This document shows positions 1 through 10,639 of a stretch of DNA of 64,000 nt, piece by piece. Source of the stretch: an uncultured virus (IMG/VR IMGVR_UViG_3300024999_000085). Taxonomy: Duplodnaviria > Heunggongvirae > Uroviricota > Caudoviricetes. The position numbers and the translations under genes are program-made. A model generated the notes under the pieces. It saw only the letters and a program-made list of their open reading frames with translations, did not search any database and was not told the origin of the DNA. Numbering within the stretch: position 1 is the first letter of the stretch; each line of letters opens with the position of its first letter. The DNA lies in the IMG/VR virus record IMGVR_UViG_3300024999_000085. One strand, 5' to 3'.

Positions 1-105
1 CTTGACATTTCAATCCACATTCACCATTACACACCTGATTAGATTGCGTATAATAACAATATATTATATTATCGTCACAATAATTTTGTATTTCAAATCC
101 TTCCA

Positions 106-483
106 TTAGTTATTTTCCTCCTTTAATTCTAATTCATTCTCATTAACATCAACAATATTCCATTTATCACCTTTGCAAAATCCAACATATTCTTTATCCA
201 AATCATTATCAGTATAATAAATCTGAAATGACTTACCTGTGAAAATTAATTGATTCCCTTCTTGATCTTCGATAATAGCACCTTTAGGAATTAAATTTCT
301 ATCTACCATTCTCCATAATTCTGAATTATTATAATTTCTATCTAAAAATAATACTTCGTTTGGATAATGAAAATCTGAATCTTTTGGATTATCAAATTCA
401 ACAACTATCATATCAAAACCACTTTGTATTGTTTCTCCAATATATACACCAAATTTTTTGTGTTTTAATGAATAAACTTTCAT
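106..483 (-). CDS. hypothetical protein
   Basis: 125 aa ORF, AAGGAG RBS. Confidence 0.75.
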   Translation of the reverse strand: MKVYSLKHKKFGVYIGETIQSGFDMIVVEFDNPKDSDFHYPNEVLFLDRNYNNSELWRMVDRNLIPKGAIIEDQEGNQLIFTGKSFQIYYTDNDLDKEYVGFCKGDKWNIVDVNENELELKEENN

Positions 484-500
484 TAACTGATACTCCTTTT

Positions 501-1292
501 TTATTTATTATTCACTTCTAAATATTTTTCAATATAATTTCTGTCCTGAGTGAAAATAGGTATATCTTTATCTACTATCCATCTACTGCGTTCTGTACCA
601 TCTTTATCATAATATTCTTTAATAATACACGCACCACGTTTTTGATAAGTAGGATAATCATTAAAATTAATACCTTTTTGTTGGAATAACATCTCTTGAA
701 TCTGATTACAATTTATATTGTGTAATTGTTTGTGACTAAAATTAGCATGACCAACCATTTGAATAGCATTTCTAATTGCATCTTGTTGTCTCCAAATGAA
801 AGCATTGCATACTTCTTCTTTAGGTAAATTGAATACCCTAGAATCGAACATTGCTGTAAATATTTTATTTGTATATAGATTATTATATTCTTCCTTTGCT
901 TCTTTTGAAAATATGCTATCAATATTATTAATATAAAATTTATTAAATGCCAATGTTGCCATACTTGCAGATACAGAAACCATCTTTTGAATATTTTTAT
1001 CAAACCAAGATTGAGTAGTAATATTATCATAATCAGTAAGTAACAAAGATATTTCATCACTTTGTACGTATGCTATTTTACATCCCATAACATTTTCACA
1101 CAAATATTTTGCTGTTTCCCACATAGATTCCATTAATATCATATCAAATGGTTTTTGAAATCCTTTAGTAAATGTGTGGAAATTTTTACCGTCAATTCTA
1201 CAAATACAAGGTATTCTCCTAGTTAAATGTTTTCTTTCTACATTTTCATATTATTTCATTCTATTACCTAAATCATTTTTATTTTTCAACAC
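501..1292 (-). pseudogene. thg1: tRNA(His) guanylyltransferase Thg1-family, in-frame TAA at 1251-1253
   Basis: Frame extends upstream of ORF 501..1142: (V)LKNKNDLGNRMK*YENVERKHLTRRIPCICRIDGKNFHTFT...YVQSDEIS...FDSR...WRQQDA (Thg1 motifs); GAGGTG RBS before GTG at 1292. Confidence 0.85.
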
Positions 1293-2217
1293 TATTCACC
1301 TCATATAAATTATTTTTTATTAAATAATATTTAACTACATTTGGTTCAATATTATATATTTTTGCTATACTATAATATGTGTAACCTTGATTGTAATATT
1401 TTATAAATTCTTGCTCTTTATCTTTATAATTTCCTGGTTGTTTATTTTTATATTCTTTATATATCCATTTATATTTATATTCATCAAATGGACATTCTCC
1501 TATATAATTTAAAAATTCTTTTATTTTATGATGTGGAATATATATTATGTATTGATTATTTTTTTCAGTCTTTTTTAATTCTGCATTAAATATATTTAGT
1601 TGTGGTATTATAATACTATTTAATTCATTATATGTAAAACAATTAGTTGATAATTTTACATATTGACTATATTTTGAACAATTTAAACTTCCATCACCTA
1701 TATACCAAACTAAACAAGTTAATGGTGTTAATATCAAATAATTTGGTATTATTTTTATATTATTTTTATACCATATCTTTTTTAATTTTGTAAATGATAT
1801 ATTTAATTGTGTTCTTGCTGTATACCTAGTGTATACTTTATTAGTTCTTTTATCATAACATGAGTATTCTTTAATCCCTTCTTTTGTTGAATAATTGTTA
1901 AAATAATTATAAACATATTCTACATGATTTTTAATTTTTGAAGTATAAGAAAATTGAGAATTACCATGTTTTTGTTTTGTTAAATGACCATCTCCTAATA
2001 AAGCACCATTAATTACTTCTAATTGTATATCTGTTAATATTATTTCTTTATTTGTAAGCCATTCTTTTGGTTTCTTAGAACTAATATTATAATCTTTAAA
2101 ATTTCTTCTAATTGTATCTGTACTGCAATTTAATTGCTTTGCAATTGATTCTTGTGACATATTTTTATTAAAATACATATCTAACAATAATTCTTTATTT
2201 AAAATTATTTTATTTAT
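1279..2217 (-). CDS. free-standing LAGLIDADG homing endonuclease with terminal HTH-like segments
   Basis: INGALLGDGHL and WYIGDGSL motifs; probable ATA start at 2217, 7 nt after AAGGAGGTG (ORF track starts at 2187). Confidence 0.85.
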   Translation of the reverse strand: MNKIILNKELLLDMYFNKNMSQESIAKQLNCSTDTIRRNFKDYNISSKKPKEWLTNKEIILTDIQLEVINGALLGDGHLTKQKHGNSQFSYTSKIKNHVEYVYNYFNNYSTKEGIKEYSCYDKRTNKVYTRYTARTQLNISFTKLKKIWYKNNIKIIPNYLILTPLTCLVWYIGDGSLNCSKYSQYVKLSTNCFTYNELNSIIIPQLNIFNAELKKTEKNNQYIIYIPHHKIKEFLNYIGECPFDEYKYKWIYKEYKNKQPGNYKDKEQEFIKYYNQGYTYYSIAKIYNIEPNVVKYYLIKNNLYEVNSVEK

Positions 2218-2269
2218 AAAATAACACCTCCTTCATGCGATCTCCAAGAGAATCTTTACTATTATTCAT
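2210..2269 (-). pseudogene. thg1: orphan 5' fragment of thg1 (MNNSKDSLGDRMKEVLFYK*)
   Basis: AGGAGG RBS plus ATG; DSLGDRMK is the typical Thg1 N-terminus. Confidence 0.75.
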
Positions 2270-2596
2270 TATTATTTTCCTCCTCTAATACCCATTTTAA
2301 TATTAATTTTTGCTGTTCTAATCCATATATTCTAATATCTCTATTTTGAATATAATCACAATTTTTATTTATTCTTTCTCCTCTTTGTTTTTGATATTCC
2401 AAACATTCTATATTTCATTTTGCAGTTTTTTAATTTCATTATTAATATCACTTGCTTTATAAAGAATACTTAATTCATTTTTCATATATTATTCTCCTTT
2501 TCCAAATCATAACCAAACAAGAAATTTATCATGATTTTTCAATTTTTAAAATGCTGTAAACCCTTATAAATCAAGGGTTTGTGGGATCGTTAAAAA

Positions 2597-2995
2597 TCAA
2601 AAATGTATCGATAATGAATCTCCGTCACCAAAATGATTTGAAACTAAAAATTTATATCCTAATTCATTAAAGAATTTTTCTAATGATAATTTTGTTTTTG
2701 GTTTGATAAACATTTTATTAATTCCTTCAATATCTCTTGGGTATATCATAATAATTTTACAAGCATTCCAATACTTATAAACAGAAGAAGTACTATGTTT
2801 TTTATCAAGATATTTTACCACATATTCGTTTAATTCTTTATATAATTCTAATATTACATAATAAAAATTATTCTTTAAAGTTTGATTTTTTAACCATTTC
2901 ATATGTTCATTATAAATATAATTCCATAGGTTAATATCTTTTAAGTTTATAATCCTAATTAAATCTTTTTGTGATATAAAATGTATTCTTTTCAT
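2597..2995 (-). CDS. hypothetical protein
   Basis: 132 aa ORF, GGGAGG RBS. Confidence 0.7.
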   Translation of the reverse strand: MKRIHFISQKDLIRIINLKDINLWNYIYNEHMKWLKNQTLKNNFYYVILELYKELNEYVVKYLDKKHSTSSVYKYWNACKIIMIYPRDIEGINKMFIKPKTKLSLEKFFNELGYKFLVSNHFGDGDSLSIHF

Positions 2996-3012
2996 ATTAA
3001 CATCCTCCCAAT

Positions 3013-3417
3013 TTATTTACATTTAATAAAAACCCATTTCATACTTACATCTTCGACAAACCCATTCTTTAAATAAAATTTTCTATGCAAATCTGTCATC
3101 TCACTACCTACAATCAACGTCTTGCCTTTTGGCATTCTTTTATATATCTCAGTTAATATACTACTTCCTATACCTTGCTGTCTATATTCTGGATTTACTT
3201 CTAATAAATAAATCATCCATATCTCAGGATATAGGTGTTTTAATCTCCAATACTTACTAGTCTTAGTATTATACCATGCAAAACCTAATAGTGTATTGTC
3301 TTTATAATAACCTATTCCTTGTCCTAGTTTTGCATTTTCATATAGTATTATTTCTTCTTGATTCCAATATTGTCGTATGTATTGTTTAAATTGTTCATTA
3401 GTTAATTGTTTGAACAT
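3013..3417 (-). CDS. GNAT-family N-acetyltransferase
   Basis: VNPEYRQQGIGSSIL acetyl-CoA motif A and FYLKNGF motif. Confidence 0.85.
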   Translation of the reverse strand: MFKQLTNEQFKQYIRQYWNQEEIILYENAKLGQGIGYYKDNTLLGFAWYNTKTSKYWRLKHLYPEIWMIYLLEVNPEYRQQGIGSSILTEIYKRMPKGKTLIVGSEMTDLHRKFYLKNGFVEDVSMKWVFIKCK

Positions 3418-3622
3418 ATTAAAAACATTTTAATCCTAATACTGCTAATCCATAAAACATTCCAAATGTCAACATCCAAGGCCAAACTTTTGATGATACA
3501 TTAAATAACTTTTTATATAATTTAGATGTTTTAATTGGTTTAGATGATAAATTGATTGGTTTGAAATATAGTTTGTTATCAATAGTTATTCTCATAGTTT
3601 AATCATTCTCCTTTTTATAATA

Positions 3623-3907
3623 TTATTCTATCCCTAATTCTCTAAGTTTTTCATTAATCTCATGTGTATCCATATATAACTCAAAATAATCTTCAAACAC
3701 ATCACATGGTAAAACACAATATCCAAGTATATTACTAGTATATTCCATACCTTCAATATAAATATGCTTATAAACACATTGCATAATTTTATCACTATCT
3801 AAGGGATTTTTTGCAAATTCTTCTACTATAACATATTTACTAAGTTTTTCTTCCATATAACCTGTTGATTTACTATTTTTTAATTTGTAAATACAACATC
3901 TTTGCAT
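3623..3907 (-). CDS. hypothetical protein
   Basis: 94 aa ORF overlapping upstream stop. Confidence 0.6.
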   Translation of the reverse strand: MQRCCIYKLKNSKSTGYMEEKLSKYVIVEEFAKNPLDSDKIMQCVYKHIYIEGMEYTSNILGYCVLPCDVFEDYFELYMDTHEINEKLRELGIE

Positions 3908-4386
3908 TTAATTATTTCCTCCTCACTTTCACTCATATATTCTTCAAATAATTCCTGTGCATATTGTTTACCATGTTCATCTGCTAATACTCTAATTTTT
4001 GCTTCAAAAGATTTAATTAATGTTTCTTTATATGCTTTTCTTAATATATTTTTATCTGTTTTTGTTAATGATTCCAAAACATTTTCAGGTGTAATATCTT
4101 TAATAATTTCAAAAAATACTTTATTCCCAACATCATTAACAAGATTATTATAATCACTAAGCATATTTTTAAATTTACCAAAATTTTTAATTTCCCATTT
4201 TTTACTCCAATTATCTTGTTTAAATCCTAATTCTTCAAAAACAATACTTACACCAGATTTATTTAATTGATTTTGCATTATACTCCTAATATTTTCTTCA
4301 GTCATTTTCTTTCCTATATAATTCTTTAATTCTTCATTAGCAATTTTCCTTACTATCGCAATAGAAATTTCTTTATTATTAGACAT
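3880..4386 (-). CDS. hypothetical protein
   Basis: 168 aa ORF, AAGGAG RBS. Confidence 0.75.
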   Translation of the reverse strand: MSNNKEISIAIVRKIANEELKNYIGKKMTEENIRSIMQNQLNKSGVSIVFEELGFKQDNWSKKWEIKNFGKFKNMLSDYNNLVNDVGNKVFFEIIKDITPENVLESLTKTDKNILRKAYKETLIKSFEAKIRVLADEHGKQYAQELFEEYMSESEEEIIKCKDVVFTN

Positions 4387-4426
4387 AGTTTGTAGTCTCC
4401 TTTTTTAATTTTATTTGTATATTTAT

Positions 4427-4642
4427 CTACCCAACACTAATATAATCTACTTTATCCATATTAATAATTACTTTATATGTTTTATTATTATCAAATAATA
4501 TTAGTCCACCTTTAGATATTTCCTTATAAAACTTATCAAATATTTCAGGAAATTGGCTTTTATCTGTATACTCATCATACCAAATTTGATGTTGTATAGG
4601 TTTTTCACTACCAGAATATTTAATATTGACTAATAGATTCAT
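4427..4642 (-). CDS. hypothetical protein (similar to 17258..17470)
   Basis: RBS; both begin MNL(L/I)xxxxYxxG and end xNMxxVxxI. Confidence 0.7.
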   Translation of the reverse strand: MNLLVNIKYSGSEKPIQHQIWYDEYTDKSQFPEIFDKFYKEISKGGLILFDNNKTYKVIINMDKVDYISVG

Positions 4643-4701
4643 AATTAAAATCTCCTTTCTATATTATTTCTTATTTCCATAATTTATTATCTAACTAATA
4701 A

Positions 4702-5622
4702 CTATTCTATCTTATATCTTACTATATGTAAATTATTATTTTTATATTCTTTTAAATCTTTTTTGAATTTATCAACTGCTAAATCTTTTCCTTTTGCCTC
4801 AATCATAACATCAAATTTATAATCTTCCGACAATTTCAAAAAATCCCTACAATAATTAAAATCAATCATATTTGCATGACTTCTAAACTCTTTATTTGAC
4901 TTAGGAGAACTTATATGAATTTTTGGTATTTTATCACCCCAAGTATCAAATATAGACTTTAAATCTAATTCTAAATCATCATTATTACAGTACATATGGT
5001 GTATATCAAGCACAATCTTCAATCCAGTATATTTATGTATCTCCATAACATCATTTATAGTATAACTTTTATCATCGTTTTCTAATACAATATGATTCCG
5101 TAATTGCTCTGGTAACTTATTAAATACTCTAATAAATCGCTTCATTGCTTCTGTTTTATCACCATACACACCACCTACATGAATGATTATATTAAAATCA
5201 TCATCATTTCCTAATCGCATAGAATTCAGTATATTGTAATGATAGATTAAATCCTTTACTGAAGACTTAACAACATCTTTATTAGGTGAATTTATATTAA
5301 CTATTTGTGAAGGATGCATACTACAACGTATCCCATTATCTTTACATAATTCACCTATACGTTTTAAATCATGTCTAATCCAAGACAAATAATCTATACC
5401 TTTAGATATTTCATGAGTAGCAAATGGAACAATGTCTGAACTTAATCTAAACATTTTAATATCATCAATAATACACTGTCTGATTGTTCTTTCTGTTTCT
5501 TTTATATTGTGCATTACAGTTTGATGTAATCTATTTTCACTAAAATTAGCAAGTCTAAATGTTTTATATTTAGTATTACACTTTAAAGACATACACGCAA
5601 ATCCAATATTACGAATTGACAT
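4702..5622 (-). CDS. uvsE: UV DNA damage repair endonuclease
   Basis: IGFAC, FRLSSD, SMHP, IHVGG, LENDD, DIHH, KIHISS, SHA and MIEAK motifs. Confidence 0.92.
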   Translation of the reverse strand: MSIRNIGFACMSLKCNTKYKTFRLANFSENRLHQTVMHNIKETERTIRQCIIDDIKMFRLSSDIVPFATHEISKGIDYLSWIRHDLKRIGELCKDNGIRCSMHPSQIVNINSPNKDVVKSSVKDLIYHYNILNSMRLGNDDDFNIIIHVGGVYGDKTEAMKRFIRVFNKLPEQLRNHIVLENDDKSYTINDVMEIHKYTGLKIVLDIHHMYCNNDDLELDLKSIFDTWGDKIPKIHISSPKSNKEFRSHANMIDFNYCRDFLKLSEDYKFDVMIEAKGKDLAVDKFKKDLKEYKNNNLHIVRYKIE

Positions 5623-5709
5623 ATAAATTGCCTCCGATTAATTAAGTTTATAAATACATAATAAACTATATCAATTGTAATGTCAACATTTATTTTTATA
5701 TTTTAATGA

Positions 5710-6174
5710 TTATTTTATAATAATAACCTTTACATCTCTCCTGCCAAATTCTAATGCTTCTTTTTTAGTATCCATATATAAATCAATCCTATTACCTTTA
5801 ATTGCTCCACCAGTATCTAATGCTATCGCTTCACCGTAATCTTCTATGTATAACCTAGTTTTTAACGGTATTATTCTAGGGTCTACTGAAACAGTACCTC
5901 TACTAACTTGTGTACCTGATTTAGTAATTCCTTTATATGTACCTTCTTCAACTGATTTTGTATAAGCCGATGCTTCCATTATCATTATATGATTATTATT
6001 TTCTTCTTTTTTAATTATATTAAAATTAATTGATTCTTCTACTAAGGCAATAGGTTTATTCTCAATTAATTGATTATGTTGTTTATTAACCCTTTGACTA
6101 TAAGATAACTCTGTAGAAAACATAAGTACAAAAAATAAAGTGAATGTTACTACGATTATATTTTTCATCATCAA
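5710..6174 (-). CDS. secreted 3D-domain (cell-wall binding / lytic transglycosylase-like) protein
   Basis: Signal-like N-terminus; ASAYT, VDPRIIP, ALDTGGAIKGNRIDLY. Confidence 0.9.
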   Translation of the reverse strand: MMMKNIIVVTFTLFFVLMFSTELSYSQRVNKQHNQLIENKPIALVEESINFNIIKKEENNNHIMIMEASAYTKSVEEGTYKGITKSGTQVSRGTVSVDPRIIPLKTRLYIEDYGEAIALDTGGAIKGNRIDLYMDTKKEALEFGRRDVKVIIIK

Positions 6175-6236
6175 TTCCCTTCTAATTTATTTATACTTTA
6201 AAAGTTAATAAAAGTCTATTTGGTCATGATTTTATA

Positions 6237-6280
6237 ACTACATATAGTATATTATAAAACTGCTACATACTATATGTAGT
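6237..6280. promoter_or_regulatory. tandem NrdR-box-like pair
   Basis: ACTACATATAGT (6237) and ACTATATGTAGT (6269), 32 bp apart. Confidence 0.5.
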
Positions 6281-6293
6281 GTTTATATTTTTA

Positions 6294-7490
6294 TCATGCT
6301 AACATATGCAATCCTTTATCTATTTCTGCACCAGTTATAATTGAATTTCCAATATTAACACCTGCATTATCAATAGTATCACCAACATACTTTAATCCAG
6401 TTTTTAAATTATTAGCTATATTAGTATTAGCAATTGCAACATTATCAATAGATTCACTAATAGATTTTCCATGATTGTTAATGGCATTTATTTTATTATC
6501 TCTGTATTTCATATCTTCATAAATTTTATCAATATTTTGAATTTGAGACAAAATATTATAATCTATACTTTTAAATTTAAATGGTTCTCCTCCATTAATA
6601 TAAGGTATCACGGAATCATCATTTATTTCTGTATTTTTAAATCTAGATGCATATAAAATAGCATTACTTTTAGAATTAAAATATTGATTATCTATACTAC
6701 CATAAGAAGTTATAGTATGATTATTTTTAGTATTAGGATAAAAAGCATAACATGGTATTTGATTAGTAGAAATATTTAAAAGTTTGTAATTAGAAAAATA
6801 TAAAATATTGCTATCTAAATAATTCACAAACTCTATATTTGCATCAGGATAATATTCTGAAATTAATTCCAATAATAATTCAACACTATTAAAATTATAA
6901 TTACAAATACATTTAATTTCTTCTTCCTCTGTGATTACAAATGGCAAGTATCTACCTTTGTCTTCAGAAATAAACATTTGTTTATATTTATTGTGAACAT
7001 GCATATTTGGTGATTTAATAATACTATTAATATTGACTTCAATATGTTTTTGTAAATCAATACCTTCTATATTTAATAAATCTATATTGATATGCCTAGT
7101 CCCATCTTTTATTTTTGGTAACATTGGCATGAATTTATCTAAAGAAGATTGGAATTTATTTATTACAGCAAAATATAATTTATTATTTATATAACACCAT
7201 TCTAAATCTTCTTTAAGAAAATTGTCATTACTAAGGCTTAAAAAATCATTAATATGGTTTATATCTTTAATAGAATAATCAAATATTGTTGCAAAATTAT
7301 AATCAAAAACAGGATAAGTTAATATTACTTTATTATATAAAATAAATTTTTCTAGTGCAATATTTTCAGACCAAACAGTTTCTTCAAAACATAATCTTAT
7401 AATATCATATAATTTATTCATATTCTTTAAATTAAGTTTTTTTATAAAATATTCTTCTTTATTATAATTAATATATAAATAATAATTCAT
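6294..7490 (-). CDS. hypothetical protein
   Basis: 398 aa ORF, GGAGG RBS. Confidence 0.75.
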   Translation of the reverse strand: MNYYLYINYNKEEYFIKKLNLKNMNKLYDIIRLCFEETVWSENIALEKFILYNKVILTYPVFDYNFATIFDYSIKDINHINDFLSLSNDNFLKEDLEWCYINNKLYFAVINKFQSSLDKFMPMLPKIKDGTRHINIDLLNIEGIDLQKHIEVNINSIIKSPNMHVHNKYKQMFISEDKGRYLPFVITEEEEIKCICNYNFNSVELLLELISEYYPDANIEFVNYLDSNILYFSNYKLLNISTNQIPCYAFYPNTKNNHTITSYGSIDNQYFNSKSNAILYASRFKNTEINDDSVIPYINGGEPFKFKSIDYNILSQIQNIDKIYEDMKYRDNKINAINNHGKSISESIDNVAIANTNIANNLKTGLKYVGDTIDNAGVNIGNSIITGAEIDKGLHMLA

Positions 7491-7598
7491 AATGCATCCT
7501 CCATTTAATTTATTTTCTTTGGTTCACAACCTATTATATCACACTTAGTACAATCATGAATACATAAATTACAAGAACAATCAATACAACGAATTTTA

Positions 7599-7799
7599 TC
7601 ATTTCCTTCTTCTGGGCATTGTTTTTTTTGTATCATCTACAAATTCTTTTTCAATAACTAATCTATCTATTATTGTATCTACAATTTCAGACCATCCTAG
7701 TTCTGTATTTAAATCTTCTTCATTATTAATAAAATCTGATTCAAAAATAAATTCATCTGGTAGTTTTAACTTGTCAATTTTAACTTTAATTTTACCCAT
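7599..7799 (-). CDS. hypothetical protein
   Basis: AGGAGG RBS. Confidence 0.7.
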   Translation of the reverse strand: MGKIKVKIDKLKLPDEFIFESDFINNEEDLNTELGWSEIVDTIIDRLVIEKEFVDDTKKTMPRRRK

Positions 7800-7842
7800 A
7801 ATTTATAACCTCCTAAATTAATTATTTTATAATACCATACTT

Positions 7843-8325
7843 TTAAACAATTTTCCATTTACATTCTTGATATTCTTTTCTTTGAATCCTACTTTGCATA
7901 TGATGTTTTATTTTTACAAGTATCTTATTTACTTTATTTCTAATATGTTCATCCGTACAATTTATTCTTACTAGTTTAAATAAATCAGGTTTTCTTTCCC
8001 AATACTTATAAGGTTGACATATTCCTGTTGATATTTTTAGATACTCATCTTTAATTTCAAAATAAATATCTAATCCTGTTTCTTCATTTTTGTAAATTGG
8101 TTTTTCTCTTACTGTTATTTTATATTCTATATTTTCTTCTGAATAGTTATCTATAATACATTTAGAGTCAGTTAATCCACAATGTTGTTTAATACGTTCT
8201 TCAATTATATTTTTCTTATTGATAAAGTTTTCTACTTTAAGTTGTTCTATTTGTTTCTTAAAACCTTTAATTAGTTTTCTAAGATTTTTAATTTGCTTAT
8301 TGGGGTTAGGTTTAATATTCAACAT
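7843..8325 (-). CDS. hypothetical protein
   Basis: AAGGAG RBS. Confidence 0.7.
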   Translation of the reverse strand: MLNIKPNPNKQIKNLRKLIKGFKKQIEQLKVENFINKKNIIEERIKQHCGLTDSKCIIDNYSEENIEYKITVREKPIYKNEETGLDIYFEIKDEYLKISTGICQPYKYWERKPDLFKLVRINCTDEHIRNKVNKILVKIKHHMQSRIQRKEYQECKWKIV

Positions 8326-8364
8326 ATTATATTTCTCCTTTCTACATTATATATTAAAATATTA

Positions 8365-8523
8365 TTAATAATCTTGTCTAATACCAACTAATGATAGCAA
8401 TGCATATAAATTGTGTTCTTTTAATTCATAAAGTACAAACTTAATTGATAATTTATCGTTCCATTCTAAAAGCATATATGCATGTTTATGATTTATCTCT
8501 TTAAACTTTTCAAATGGTGTCAT
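8365..8523 (-). CDS. hypothetical protein
   Basis: start moved to MTPFEK after GAGGAG RBS; TTGACA promoter upstream. Confidence 0.55.
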   Translation of the reverse strand: MTPFEKFKEINHKHAYMLLEWNDKLSIKFVLYELKEHNLYALLSLVGIRQDY

Positions 8524-8612
8524 TTTATATCTCCTCTCATATATGTAATAAAAACAGTATAACATTATATTTCTATTCTGTCAACTGCTTTTATGATAGT
8601 TTATTAAATTAT

Positions 8613-8813
8613 TTAAATTATTTTTAAGTAAATACCACCTAATATATTAACACTTGTAATTATTGTTAACATAATCATATATGATTTAAAACTTAATAAT
8701 TGTGATTTTTTATTTTCTGTTTTGGATATAAAATACATTGACCAAAAACACAAACTAAAAATTATTGATTCACTTATGATTAGATAATTAATTAAATTGA
8801 TATTGTTTATCAT
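8613..8813 (-). CDS. small membrane protein
   Basis: two hydrophobic segments, RBS. Confidence 0.6.
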   Translation of the reverse strand: MINNINLINYLIISESIIFSLCFWSMYFISKTENKKSQLLSFKSYMIMLTIITSVNILGGIYLKII

Positions 8814-8836
8814 ATTAACCTACTCCTCGATAATAC

Positions 8837-9043
8837 TTATTTATCTTTTCCAGACAAAACCATTATTGCTTCTTCCACTCTTTCATTAGAAACTTTCTTA
8901 TAATACGTACAAGGTAAAATATTTCTGCCATCTTCCTTAATAAATTCTCCAACAAAAGGACAGTCTACACATGTTAATTTTCTACTTGCTACATGACAAA
9001 TTGCAAATGCTTTCAGTACGTCTAGTGCTTCTTGTTTGGTCAT
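8837..9043 (-). CDS. Cys-containing hypothetical protein
   Basis: CVDCPF, RBS. Confidence 0.7.
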   Translation of the reverse strand: MTKQEALDVLKAFAICHVASRKLTCVDCPFVGEFIKEDGRNILPCTYYKKVSNERVEEAIMVLSGKDK

Positions 9044-9089
9044 AGTTAGTTATCTCCTTCTTTATAATTTGAATATGATTGAATCATAT

Positions 9090-9296
9090 TTATTTGTAAC
9101 TCTGATATAATATATCAGATATTAAATATTTAAGAGTTTGGTAATACATATGCAAATTATCAAAATCACTATCTATAGTTGTTTGTCTTATCACATCTCT
9201 AACTTTTTTCTTTTGTTCTTCCACATCTTCAATTGTTTTAAAATTAGTTATAAATCTACCTTTATCATTTAAAAATTGATTAATTATATTTTCCAT
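9090..9296 (-). CDS. hypothetical protein
   Basis: AAGGAG RBS. Confidence 0.7.
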   Translation of the reverse strand: MENIINQFLNDKGRFITNFKTIEDVEEQKKKVRDVIRQTTIDSDFDNLHMYYQTLKYLISDILYQSYK

Positions 9297-9307
9297 TTTT
9301 ATCTCCT

Positions 9308-9772
9308 TTATCTTAAATATACTATTTGTTTATTAATTTCATTTTTGCTTAGTTTTTTCATAACTTTACTTGCATAAATAGCATCATTTAAAGCACGATG
9401 AAACTTATTGCCAATTTTAATGCCATAATGTTTAACTGCATCTTCTAAACTTACTTGAATATCATTTTCATTTTTAATAGAATGAATATATTGTAAATCT
9501 ACATATTTTTCTATAAAATTATAATTTACATTGTTATATATGCAATTACATATCAGTACAAAAATATCATCATTTCCCCATGTACAAAACACGTAGTTAT
9601 CTGTACCAATCCATTCTCTAAATTGTTTTATGCATTTCTTAAAACCTAAAGTTCCATTTAAATCTTCATTTGATATTTTTGTCATTCTTTTAAGTATAGG
9701 ATTTAACTTTTTATATAATTTTGGTCTTATAATTATTTGAAATGAATCCATATTTTTATTCAATTTTTTCAA
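9308..9772 (-). pseudogene. N-terminally truncated DEDDh 3'-5' exonuclease (KapD/ERI1-like)
   Basis: TWGNDD, YVDLQ, HRALNDA present; ExoI DxE motif absent; no RBS. Confidence 0.7.
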
Positions 9773-9938
9773 AATAATAAGTATAAAAATTTCCTACTGA
9801 TTTTAAAAATCTAAATTTATTATTATATTGGTCTAAAAGAGTAATAAAATCTCCTTCTTCAGAATAAATTTTATACTCATGTTTTCTATAAAATACTAAA
9901 TTATTTTCAAATAAATCATGTAAACATTTAACTGACAT
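9756..9938 (-). CDS. hypothetical protein
   Basis: AAGGAG RBS. Confidence 0.65.
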   Translation of the reverse strand: MSVKCLHDLFENNLVFYRKHEYKIYSEEGDFITLLDQYNNKFRFLKSVGNFYTYYFEKIE

Positions 9939-9962
9939 AATTAACTTCTCCTTTATATTTTA

Positions 9963-10334
9963 TTATGCAGTTTTCAAATATCCATCAAAATGAGTAAAAG
10001 TATATCCGTATCCTAAGATATCACAATGCTTTTTAAATAATTCTGCATCTTCTTTTTCCATCAGCAAGGAACAACATGGTAGTTTCTCTAAAAGTACAGT
10101 TAACCATTCTTCATCTATACCTTTATTTCCCCATCCAAATATTAAATCATCTGAGTTAAATACATTTACTAATCTATCATATCCACTAAGTTCTTTTAAA
10201 ATAACTCCCCAATTTACAACCTTTACATGATCATTATAATCCATTTTAGAATCAAAAATGAATCTAAATGATATTTTACCTGTCTGCCAAATTTCATTTG
10301 CTGTTACAATGTTGAATTTTAATTCTTTATCCAT
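9963..10334 (-). CDS. hypothetical protein
   Basis: start moved to MDKELK after AAGGAG. Confidence 0.7.
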   Translation of the reverse strand: MDKELKFNIVTANEIWQTGKISFRFIFDSKMDYNDHVKVVNWGVILKELSGYDRLVNVFNSDDLIFGWGNKGIDEEWLTVLLEKLPCCSLLMEKEDAELFKKHCDILGYGYTFTHFDGYLKTA

Positions 10335-10557
10335 TATCATTCTCCTTCGCAATAAATTTATCATAATATCTATTTGCATCTATCCATGCTTGCTCAGGTG
10401 TTACAGACCATCCACAGCCTCTATTATACCATGTAGTATTTCCCCATCCAAGAATACACCAAAAATAAGGTTCTTCTGCATTATCCCAAGGATGAGGATT
10501 CATAATAACTTCTATTTTGTATTCTGTTTCTGATATATTTTCAGTTTTAGTTGTCAT
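10327..10557 (-). CDS. hypothetical protein
   Basis: RBS, Trp-rich. Confidence 0.7.
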   Translation of the reverse strand: MTTKTENISETEYKIEVIMNPHPWDNAEEPYFWCILGWGNTTWYNRGCGWSVTPEQAWIDANRYYDKFIAKENDNG

Positions 10558-10639
10558 ATTGATTACTCCTTTCTGTTATATGTGGCAAGAATAAATTTTA
10601 ATAACAAATCAATCTTACCACATATTGTTTATATTAATC

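Noticed and set aside
1251..1253. Genome-wide TAA reassignment
   Set aside because: TAA is the normal stop codon of most genes here
1254..2230. Group I intron or intein in thg1
   Set aside because: The flanks of the endonuclease ORF are too short for a ribozyme core, the ORF is out of frame with thg1, and intein terminal residues are absent
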